This document shows positions 9,648 to 18,086 of a stretch of DNA of 45,373 bases, piece by piece. The stretch spans positions 294 through 45,666 of the forward strand of contig DAHXKG010000013.1 of NCBI GenBank assembly GCA_027366525.1, given 5' to 3'. Source of the stretch: a candidate division FCPU426 bacterium (lineage in GTDB: Bacteria > Oederibacteriota > Muellerivitia > Muellerivitales > DAHXKG01). The notes below the pieces were generated by a model, which saw only the letters and a list, made by a program, of their open reading frames with translations, did not search any database and was not told the DNA's origin. Every line of letters begins with the position of its first letter. The first letter of the stretch is position 1. Position numbers and translations under genes: made by a program.

Positions 9648-9998
9648 TCAGGGCTGTTTGCCCTGAGTTTCTTTGAAAAATTTTTTAATTTCATCGACGC
9701 TTGGAATAACACCCATGGATTTAACTTTGCCATCAATAGCTAAAGCCGGGAGCATCGCAATATGTGGTAAATTAATCATGATTCGCATATCTGTAATACG
9801 AATCAATTCATATGGTTTACCAAATTCTTGAGCCGCTTTTCGCACTGCCGCCACCAGCTGTTTTGATTGTTCATTTTCGGTTCCAAAAACCTCAATCTCC
9901 ATTGCAAAGCGACTTTGCATCAATGGTTGCGGAGCTCTGTGTTTTTCATTTGCAAAATGATTTAACGGGTTTGTTTTTTTGACATCCTGTCTTTTCAT
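9648..9998 (-). CDS. Thioredoxin-fold protein (Thioredoxin_3 / small redox-active disulfide protein-2-like) lacking the CXXC active site
   Basis: The core MEIEVFGTENEQSKQLVAAVRKAAQEFG…LPALAIDGKVKSMGVIPSVDEIKKFF aligns by eye to the ~77-aa MKIEVFGTGCAKCK…PALVIDGKVV…PSKEEIKKLL family. The CXXC is replaced by ENEQ. The ORF has a ~32-aa N-terminal extension, and the true start may be the internal Met of MEIEVFG. Confidence 0.6.
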   Translation of the reverse strand: MKRQDVKKTNPLNHFANEKHRAPQPLMQSRFAMEIEVFGTENEQSKQLVAAVRKAAQEFGKPYELIRITDMRIMINLPHIAMLPALAIDGKVKSMGVIPSVDEIKKFFKETQGKQP

Positions 9999-10630
9999 GG
10001 TCCTTGCCTCGCGTTAATAAATTTAAGGTATTCGTTTTACTGTAAAGTAACATACTTCGCTAAAAATTAAAATGCATGAAATCCATTTCATAATTTTTTT
10101 AAAGTTAAACATTTAACTTAAGATTCTTTTTATTATGTCCTTCATCATAAAAATTATTATTTGATCTCGGAACCTCTCGTGAGATTTGTTTGATAAATTT
10201 AATCCTAAACTTTAAAAAAATCAAACAATGAATTCCAAACCGAAAAATTTTGATTTATTTTGGAACTAGCTATTTAGACATTGGGTGCGCTTTTTTTCTT
10301 TTGAAATTAAAACTTAGTACATCGCTCTAGCTTCTTTGATAAAACACCTTGACTAATTCTAGCAAGAATTAGGATTTAAAATTCTTATGCCTAACTATTA
10401 AATCCATATTTAACTTCCGTACGCATAATTCAGTTGATTTAATCCTAAAATTAAAAAATTTTTGAAAATCTTTTCGATTGCTTATCCCTGTTGGAAACTT
10501 TATTGAAGTTGATAGACCATAGTTTTCGTTTCATGACTTGTTGAACCCTGAAATTTTTCATGGATTTACTGATTTTATATATTCAATTTTCGAAGCGCTC
10601 AAAATCCATTTTCTAATACTGAAATGTCCT

Positions 10631-13600
10631 TTAAAACGTGGGATTCTGATATTGAACCAATTTTTTCCCACGAGAATCAAAAACGGCCAAAGTGGCCCTC
10701 CCTGCAAGAATACGAAGTGATGCTTGAAATCCAAAATGATGATCTTGAAACCGAATTACCCGATCGTGGCTGCCTTCATTAAAAATCATGTAGAGAACCG
10801 TTGACGAAAATCGCTTGGGTAAAATTGTGACTTCGAATAAATCGGCACCTTCAAGCGTACAATACGGTTGGATATGGTTTTGATGCATCAACGTCTGATA
10901 AAATGAAAGAATTGGTCCCCACTGATCGTTGGCTTCCAGTGGAAGTGGCATATAATATAGCGAAGTCCCTGCGGTTTTGAAATAATGGATGCGAGCTTCT
11001 CGACTGATATCCTTCTCCACTTGATATGTTTTATTTAAAGTATAGGTCAAGGCGTAAGCTTGTTGATTCATCCTTACTGATTCTTGAGGATTAACGGCTT
11101 GTCGAATTTCTTGAATGCCGAAACAACTTAATCCCGGCATGACCCTTCCATACCCATCTTCTGCCACGGGGCCTGAAACCCATAAATTACGCTTAGAAGA
11201 TCGGCGCACCCATCCCTCCATCGCTTGAGGATCTATGCGGCTGATGGAAGGAAATAAAACAGCTTTTTCATAATCCCACTGATCAAATTCCCATTCACTT
11301 AAAGCATGAAATGGAATTCGAAGGGCTGACAAAATTCGGTGAGCCACCCGTTGAGCTTTTTCAGTCCAAGTCCGAGATGATAAAAGACCACTAAAAGAAG
11401 TCAGGACTCCTAAACTTGGAGGTTCTGGTTTCTCTTGTAAATAGCCTTGCGCTTTTTTAAAAAAATTGCCGATTGATTCCAAAACCCAGGCCTCTGGACG
11501 CGCTGTTTGATCAATCCGAAAAGCTCCAATTTCTATTTCATTATGATTATTCATATAAGCATTCACGTTGAAACACCATTGAATAAATCCAGCGCCTCCC
11601 ATAAAACTAGAAATCACTTTTCGTTCAAAAAGTTTTCCAGCATCCTTTTCACTGATTCGACTCGCACGACGAACTGTATCCGAAAACATCACTCCGGTTT
11701 CTTGAACTAAAAAAGGTTTACCTTTGACCTTTGATGCCGTGACACCCCAAATCAAATCTTCGTTTTCCCACCAAGTATGATTACAAGTAAAATCCAATGG
11801 ACGATGAAAGAAATGGTTTTCCGGTCGGCGCTGGGACATACCACCCTCATCCTGACCAACCGTAACTAATTGAGAGCTTATCTGACGAATCGTATCGACA
11901 TGATTTTGAACCCATTCCCTAAACACCACTTGACTGAATTGTTGAAAATCAAAAGCCCGACCGGCATGAACCAATCCTTCTTGAGGTGATTTGAATTCAG
12001 AAAAATCCAATTCCGTTGGCAGTTGAATACTGTCCCAGGATGATATTTCTTGTGGTGTCATATTCCATCTTTCTCGAAGCTCGTCTAGACTGCGATGGAT
12101 TTCTTTTAAAAATTTTATAAAAGCCTGGCGTTCGAGTTCGCCTTCTAACGGGCGCGTTTTCCAAAGCTTTTTAGGATGGCTTACGGAAGGTTCATTAATC
12201 AAATCCCAAGAGATTGAAGGGATGTTTGCATAGCGACGAATTACCATCATTAAATATTCACGCTGCAAACTTCTTGCTCGAGAATCCAAATAGGGATGAT
12301 CTGATGGAAATACATCTGGTATAAATGAAAAAAAAGTAAATTGAAGCCAAAATTCATGTTTTAAACTACTCAAAACATAAGCATCCAATGCCCGCAAGCT
12401 ATCATTTCTTGGATGTCCAGCATCAAACATTATTTGACGATGATTGGCCCAAATCCCGGTTCGAATCGTGTTAATACCCATACGCTGCATCTGATCCATA
12501 TCCCGCTCCCACTGAGCTGGGTTAGGCTGTAATAAAAATTTCCGAGAAACATCACCTGCCATATAGGTGGTTCCCACGATGGGAATCGTATGTCCATTCC
12601 TCATGAAACGTATGTCGTTAACACTAATTTGTGGAGCTTGACGTACCCATTGAGTATCCCATCCCCAGAATCCTTGATGCTGAATGGTTCGATAGTGGCC
12701 CTCCACTTCAATCGTAGATTGGAGGTGATAAAATCCAGGTTCAACCTGAAACGATAGCGGTATTACCTGATAATTTGAAGTGATTGTAACTTCATTTTCT
12801 ATAGTTTGTTGATGGATGATTTGATGATCTCTTTGGATTTGAATATCACATTTCAAGGATTGTTGCGTTTCAAAAGCCCGAGCCCAAAAAATCAGAGCTG
12901 GTTGCTCACCGGGATAATAGCAAGCCCATTCTGGACGAACTTGGATTTGAATTGGTTTTTGTAGACCAACTTGAGCTAGATATAAAAGTAGTTTTTCAAA
13001 AAAAACATTCATTTTTGGAAGACGAGCTGAAAGAAATACCCATCTTCCGCCTTTAAATCGTCCTTGATAATGATCAATCATCGATATGGGACAAGAAATC
13101 CGACGTTGTGCCTCATCGACTCCCCAAACTAACGGATGTAGTTCCGCATCCATAGGTCCCGTAGCTCCACAACGCTCCTCATCATCAATTTCAGTGAATC
13201 GAGTCATGAGAGCAAAAGCATTGATTTTAGGAAAGTTTTTAATCTCAAATATTTTCAATTCGTCTGCTATTTCAGTGCCCTGAATTCTTGATGAATCGAT
13301 TTCATTCAACTGCTCAATACCCAAACTTTGATGATAAGCGGTTTGTGGAATTTCTTTCCTCCAATGACTATTTTGCTTTAAACAAGGAAGTTCAAAAGGT
13401 CTGCCACCGACATAGAGCAAGTTGCCCCCTCGATTCAAATAATTCCACAAAACGGCCCAAAGTGCTTTTGGAAAGGCTGATCCATACGGAAGAACAAAAA
13501 GTTTGGTTTGAGTCAATTGAGTTTGAAGAATTTCCTGAAGCGTAAGTTTTTGAATGGGTCCCGCAGAAGTCAAAGACCTTTGCAGTGCACTCCAAGACCA

Positions 13601-13651
13601 TGGCATTGCATCTACTGTAGGGAATCCCGATTCTTGAAAAACAGATATCAT
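10631..13651 (-). CDS. Large multidomain glycoside-hydrolase-like protein (clan GH-A TIM-barrel, GH42/GH5-like)
   Basis: 1006 aa with no obvious signal peptide. The central segment ERDMDQMQRMGINTIRTGIWANH…LDAYVLSSLKHEFWLQFTFFSF resembles the start of GH42/GH5 (beta/alpha)8 catalytic domains (GxNTxR motif). The N-terminal ~100 aa look like a class-I glutamine-amidotransferase-like/trimerisation-type domain. Family assignment is tentative. Confidence 0.45.
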   Translation of the reverse strand: MISVFQESGFPTVDAMPWSWSALQRSLTSAGPIQKLTLQEILQTQLTQTKLFVLPYGSAFPKALWAVLWNYLNRGGNLLYVGGRPFELPCLKQNSHWRKEIPQTAYHQSLGIEQLNEIDSSRIQGTEIADELKIFEIKNFPKINAFALMTRFTEIDDEERCGATGPMDAELHPLVWGVDEAQRRISCPISMIDHYQGRFKGGRWVFLSARLPKMNVFFEKLLLYLAQVGLQKPIQIQVRPEWACYYPGEQPALIFWARAFETQQSLKCDIQIQRDHQIIHQQTIENEVTITSNYQVIPLSFQVEPGFYHLQSTIEVEGHYRTIQHQGFWGWDTQWVRQAPQISVNDIRFMRNGHTIPIVGTTYMAGDVSRKFLLQPNPAQWERDMDQMQRMGINTIRTGIWANHRQIMFDAGHPRNDSLRALDAYVLSSLKHEFWLQFTFFSFIPDVFPSDHPYLDSRARSLQREYLMMVIRRYANIPSISWDLINEPSVSHPKKLWKTRPLEGELERQAFIKFLKEIHRSLDELRERWNMTPQEISSWDSIQLPTELDFSEFKSPQEGLVHAGRAFDFQQFSQVVFREWVQNHVDTIRQISSQLVTVGQDEGGMSQRRPENHFFHRPLDFTCNHTWWENEDLIWGVTASKVKGKPFLVQETGVMFSDTVRRASRISEKDAGKLFERKVISSFMGGAGFIQWCFNVNAYMNNHNEIEIGAFRIDQTARPEAWVLESIGNFFKKAQGYLQEKPEPPSLGVLTSFSGLLSSRTWTEKAQRVAHRILSALRIPFHALSEWEFDQWDYEKAVLFPSISRIDPQAMEGWVRRSSKRNLWVSGPVAEDGYGRVMPGLSCFGIQEIRQAVNPQESVRMNQQAYALTYTLNKTYQVEKDISREARIHYFKTAGTSLYYMPLPLEANDQWGPILSFYQTLMHQNHIQPYCTLEGADLFEVTILPKRFSSTVLYMIFNEGSHDRVIRFQDHHFGFQASLRILAGRATLAVFDSRGKKLVQYQNPTF

Positions 13652-13740
13652 TTTAAGCTTTCTTTTTTGGAATTAAGAAGCACTTTTCTATCATACCTCA
13701 ATCATTAAAACTTTCTGAATTTTTATTGATACCTATTTTA

Positions 13741-13816
13741 AAGTATTTTATTTTCAATTTGTCCTTTGTTGAATTCAAATAAAATTTTTATTTTAAAAAA
13801 TGCAACAATTTAATAT
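13741..13816. repeat. Direct repeat copy 1 (~76 bp, ~95% identical to 17005..17080)
   Basis: aagtattttattttcaatttgtcctttgttgaattcaaataaaatttttattttaaaaaatgcaacaatttaatat. It lies 68 bp upstream of the IS30 transposase start. Confidence 0.8.
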
Positions 13817-13819
13817 CCC

Positions 13820-14900
13820 AAGTTCAATAAGTAAGTACAACACTTACTGTCTGAATGTGACCGCCTCCATTAGGATGTGCGGTTATGAAAAAGAAAAAGA
13901 CTTATAATCATTTAGATGTTAATGAAAGATATCTTATAGCCGTTTTGAGGGTGAAGAGATTAGGAATACGAGAAATCGTTCGGGAACTCGTCCGATCCCC
14001 CTCTTCCATCTCCCAGAAGTTCCAACGCAACGCTCCCCCCATCCTCAAAGGCTATTATTTAGCCCACCGTGCCCACCAAAGATACGTCCTTCGCAATCAA
14101 CAACGAGTCCGAGGGTTACGCCTTAAAACAAAAAAAATTCGTTCCTATGTCACCCGCCATCTAAAAATGGATTGGTCTCCCGAACTGATCTCAGGTCGTT
14201 TGACTCACCTATCGCCTCACCAAACCATTAACCACGAAGCCATCTACCAATGGATTTATCTGGAATCCACGGAATTGATTGGTTACCTCGTTCGTCATCA
14301 TCGAAAACGGTTTTCCTTCAGACACACGCATCGACACGCCCAAAATCAAATTCCAGGGTGTGTTTCCATCAATCAAAGATCAAAGGTTATCCATCGGCGA
14401 AAGCAGTTTGGCCATTGAGAAACTGACACGATGGTTTCACGTCAAAGTAAAGCCGCCATGCAGGCCGTAGTGGAGCGAGCCAGTCGTTATGTGAAATTGG
14501 CGAAGCTACCTCGGAAGATGGCTTTCCATATGCATCGCCTCCTCAAGGATGCTTTAGCGAGCCTTCCTTCCCAAGCTCGTAAGAGTTTGACCTATGACAA
14601 CGGCACCGAGAATGCCTATCACTTGAGAACCCATCAAGCTCTTGAGACGAAATCATATTTTTGTGCCCCGTTTCACAGTTGGGAGAAAGGAATCGTTGAA
14701 AATTCAATCGGCCTCGTTCGTCGGTATTTTCAAAAAAAGACCGACCTTGCTAAAGTGTCTTGGCGGGAATTTAAGTTCATCGAAAGATGACTTAATAATA
14801 GACCCAGAAAATGTCTTGGTTTTAAAACTTCGGCGGAAGTCTTTTGGCACTGTGTTGCACTTACTGGTTGAATTCGGCAATGCTATTATTATATTTCAAA
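13820..14900 (+). mobile_element. IS30-family insertion sequence remnant (boundaries approximate)
   Basis: Contains a complete-length IS30-type transposase reading frame carrying two in-frame TGA codons. GC content of this ~1 kb (~50-58% in places) is far above the flanking DNA. I could not identify clear terminal inverted repeats by eye. Confidence 0.55.
13885..14871 (+). pseudogene. IS30-family DDE transposase interrupted by two in-frame TGA codons
   Basis: N-terminal HTH and WSPELISGRL…INHEAIYQWIY, then KQFGH-[TGA 14416-14418]-ETDTMV where IS30 transposases have GHWEGD, then the DDE C-domain YDNGTENAYH…FCAPFHSWEKGIVENSIGLVRRYF. A second TGA at 14788-14790 is followed in the same frame by the canonical C-terminus LNNRPRKCLGFKTSAEVFWHCVALTG. 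All other Trp residues in the protein are TGG. Confidence 0.8.
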
Positions 14901-15060
14901 CATTTAGACGATGCAGTTTTCCGAGGTTACACTTTCTGATATTTCGTTGGAGTAAAAAGAGAACGAATTTTTCAACTAACGGTTTGATAAATTGGTTACA
15001 ATGAACTATAAGTTTAAAACTAATAATTTCTCGCGGAAATTATTATAAGGAATTTTTTTT

Positions 15061-15921
15061 ATGTTTGAAGTCCAATTGCTCAAGGTTCCAGTAATCGAAA
15101 GATATTTTCCCAGCTGCTTCATGGACGCGATCGAATCAGTTTGTAAATATTCATTTAATATTCCAGATATAAGCCGAACATATGGAATTTATAAATTTTT
15201 TTATCAAAACCCCCAAAAAGAAATTGAGTTTAAAAATAATGGTGTTGAGTTAGATATATTTTTAGGAACAGAGTATTTTTCAAAGGAGGAATATTTAAAA
15301 AGGCTAAAACATTATTATGGCATTGAAGTTTCACCCCGCCTGGTAATTTCCACGCAAGAATTAATCGAACAACATGACTTGGTAACTTCGAGTGATATAA
15401 AGACAGTTTCTTTAGGTTTAAGAAATTTATTAATTGATTATGACAGGAACTTTTTAGACAAAAACGTATTAATAGAGAACTTTTCAATTCTAGAACAAAT
15501 GGCTTTCTTAAAAGATGAGAGGACGGCAATATTTGATCATATTGAAAAAAATAATCCTAAATTAAATGAGACCTGGTATTTGTTGTTCAGCCACAATTTT
15601 TGTATTAATAAATCCTTTTTTCAAAAAGTTGGTGGGTTTGATGTTCAATTTAGCAAATACTGGGGAGCAGAAGATGTGGAGCTTGGCTATCGCATCGCAC
15701 AATTTGGCGGAAAAATAGTCATTAATAAAAACTCTATTTGTTATCACCTGTATTACCCGGTTGGTATTATCCGAAATATTACTCAATTAAGATTCAACTT
15801 AGAATTGTTTTTTAAAAAACACCCTGATGATTTAGTTATTGATGCAAAAACGACCGAAGATTTTTTAAGAAAACATGATTGGAAAAATGTAGCAGAACGA
15901 TTTCAAAAAGTTGCGTGGTAA
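15061..15921 (+). CDS. Glycosyltransferase-like protein (GT-A C-terminal WG-x-ED-x-E-type motif), possibly N-terminally degenerate
   Basis: The C-terminal half LLFSHNFCINKSFFQKVGGFDVQFSKYWGAEDVELGYR resembles the GT2/GT7-C (galactosyltransferase-C) region. I could not recognise the usual N-terminal GT-A Rossmann/DXD part. Very AT-rich codon usage. The stop overlaps the start of the next gene (taATGATG). Confidence 0.4.
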   Translation: MFEVQLLKVPVIERYFPSCFMDAIESVCKYSFNIPDISRTYGIYKFFYQNPQKEIEFKNNGVELDIFLGTEYFSKEEYLKRLKHYYGIEVSPRLVISTQELIEQHDLVTSSDIKTVSLGLRNLLIDYDRNFLDKNVLIENFSILEQMAFLKDERTAIFDHIEKNNPKLNETWYLLFSHNFCINKSFFQKVGGFDVQFSKYWGAEDVELGYRIAQFGGKIVINKNSICYHLYYPVGIIRNITQLRFNLELFFKKHPDDLVIDAKTTEDFLRKHDWKNVAERFQKVAW

Positions 15922-16487
15922 TGATGAAAATTGCATTTGTAATATTTAATGGAATGACGGGGCTGGATTTTGTAGGTGTTTATGACACGGTCATAAGATT
16001 GAAAACTATGCATTTTCGCAAGGATATTTATTGGGATATTTGTAGTAATACGAAAATTGTCAAAGACAACAGTGGGCTTGGTTTTACTCCGACAAAGGTT
16101 AAAAAAAGCCTTGCTAAATACGATTTGATAATCATACCGGGGGGTTATGGGACACGAAAGCTTAGACATAACAAAAAATTCATGATTTGGATAAAAAGCG
16201 CACGATCTGTTCCGCTGAAAGTGTCGGTTTGTACTGGGGCATTGCTTTTAGGTTCGGCGGGATTTTTAAAAGGCATTTGCGCGACGACACATTTAAATGC
16301 TTTTAAGGAACTTAGCGAGTATTGCGAAAAGGTGGTAAATAAACGAATTGTAGATGAAGGAAAAGTAATTACCGCTCGCGGCGTTACATCTGCAATCGAC
16401 TTAGGTTTGTACTTATGTGAAAAATTGGCAGGAAATAAAGCAAAAGAAAAAATAAGAGTTCAGATGGATTACAAAACAAAAAAATGA
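15922..16487 (+). CDS. DJ-1/PfpI family (class-I glutamine amidotransferase-like) protein
   Basis: MMKIAFVIFNGMTGLDFVGVYD…IIIPGGYG…VSVCTGALLLGSAGFL contains the nucleophile-elbow Cys of DJ-1/PfpI. Translationally coupled to the upstream GT-like ORF. Confidence 0.75.
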
Positions 16488-16493
16488 AATTAA

Positions 16494-17045
16494 ATGAGAG
16501 CCACAAACAAAGTTGGGTTACTCGAAGTCAGAAAAGACACATTTATATCCTTTCGTTCAATAGGGAATGGGCCTTCTTTGGTTATCCTCAATGATTTTTT
16601 TAGTGTAGAGGGAGATTGGGTGGATCGAACAAAAAAATTTCAACCAAAATTCACTGTAATAAGTTTTGATTTTAGGAACCAAGGTAAATCTTCTAATTGC
16701 AGTTCTGTTATCTATGAGGATTACTTGGATGATCTGTTAAAACTTATGAATCACTTAAAAATAAAGGAAACATGCTTTCTGGGTATTTCTTCCTCGACAA
16801 AAATCCGTCTCGATTTCTATAGAAAATTTGAATCCAGGGTTAGATCAATGATTCTATGCAGTCCAGTATTTGATATTTTTGGAATGGTCAAATGGGCTTA
16901 TCTTCTTAGGAGTTTTAACCAAAAATTCAAATCAATCGAAAGTATTTTCGATTTTCTTTACTCCTGTATTTCTCTAGCCAATTTATTAAACAATCGAACA
17001 TACAAAGTATTTTATTTCAATTTGTCCTTTGTTGAATTCAAATAA
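16494..17045 (+). CDS. alpha/beta-hydrolase fold protein fragment (truncated, degenerate nucleophile motif)
   Basis: The N-terminal part resembles alpha/beta hydrolases (…GNGPSLVILNDFFSVEGDW…VISFDFRNQGKSS…). The nucleophile elbow reads LGISSS (GxSxS rather than GxSxG). The protein stops at 183 aa without the Asp/His region, and its last 13 codons are encoded by repeat copy 2. Confidence 0.45.
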   Translation: MRATNKVGLLEVRKDTFISFRSIGNGPSLVILNDFFSVEGDWVDRTKKFQPKFTVISFDFRNQGKSSNCSSVIYEDYLDDLLKLMNHLKIKETCFLGISSSTKIRLDFYRKFESRVRSMILCSPVFDIFGMVKWAYLLRSFNQKFKSIESIFDFLYSCISLANLLNNRTYKVFYFNLSFVEFK

Positions 17046-17080
17046 AATTTTTGTTTTTAAAAAATGCAACAATTTAATAT
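17005..17080. repeat. Direct repeat copy 2 (~76 bp)
   Basis: aagtattttatttcaatttgtcctttgttgaattcaaataaaatttttgtttttaaaaaatgcaacaatttaatat. It differs from copy 1 by about 3 indels/substitutions. Confidence 0.8.
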
Positions 17081-17655
17081 TCAACTGATGGAATTTTTTA
17101 TTTTAAAAACAAGTAGCTGTCTGTTGAACTTATTGAATAGGCCTATGAAAAGTTTGTGGTATACCTTTATAAAAATCTATTTTCAAATTAAATCTTGAGC
17201 TTATAGGCACCAATTGACTAAAAGATATTTAATAAAAAATGATTTTCGATTAAGCCTACCTAATGATACTTTTTTTGAAGTTAGATAAAAACACTTCTAT
17301 TGCCGTATTATTCTTTAAATTAATTTAAATCACTTCTGAATACTCCGGATAATCAGATCTTAAAACTTGTTCTATAACAGAATTCACATTTCAATACACT
17401 AATTTATTGGGTGCGTATTCGTCTATTCGTCTTTGGCCCTTCAATGAAATTCAAAATCGCTAGAGTGGATTACTTCCTATTTTGAATAAGTTAAAAAATC
17501 CTTCCACCATGATTTTAAAGCACCAAGATGCAATCATCTTATCCGAGCAAACAGTTCATCTTTGAAGCAACAAATCGTTATATGGATAATCAAAAAATTG
17601 TTTTTAAGGTTTTGAATTCAATCAATTTCTAAATATTTTAACTAAAAAAAATTAT

Positions 17656-17730
17656 TGGTAGCCCCACGGGGAATCGAACCCCGATTTAATGGCTGAGAAC
17701 CATCCGTCCTAACCGTTAGACGATAGGGCC
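17656..17730 (-). tRNA. tRNA-Glu (anticodon CUC)
   Basis: Minus-strand sequence GGCCCTA-TC-GTCT-AACGGTTA-GGAC-G-GATGG-TTCTCAG-CCATT-AAAT-CGGGG-TTCGATT-CCCCG-TGGGGCT-A-CCA folds as a 75-nt cloverleaf. The 7-bp acceptor has two G·U pairs, there is a GG in the D-loop, U33 and A37 are present, and the T-loop is TTCGATT. The CCA is encoded. The anticodon loop TTCTCAG gives CUC. Coordinates ±2. Confidence 0.7.
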
Positions 17731-18086
17731 AATACGCAGATCTGTTAATCCCACTTTGAATTTTATCAGTTTTACTTCTCGAGACTTCAGATTTCCTCAA
17801 TGCTTAGCTTCTTGAACTTCAGCATCAAACTTGGTATTCTGGATTGTAAAATTCATTTTATTTTTATATAGTATCAAAGAAATACTTCACACAGCAAATG
17901 AAAAAATTCAAATCTATAATCCATTTGTGAATCGACCATTAATTATTGATAAAGTAGGAGCTGTGAATAAAATTAAGTGCCCTGTTAATTTCACTAAAAT
18001 GAATCTTCCTAATTTTTATGCATTAAAAATAATCAATCATTTAATTTTTTTTCAAAATTCTTGCGACCCATCAGAAGGAATTAATC

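Noticed and set aside
14279-15004. ORFs 14279..14470(+) and 14642..15004(+) overlapping the IS30 region
   Set aside because: They are alternate-frame readings of the transposase gene. The tail of 14642..15004 runs into AT-rich downstream DNA. They have no independent homology signal.
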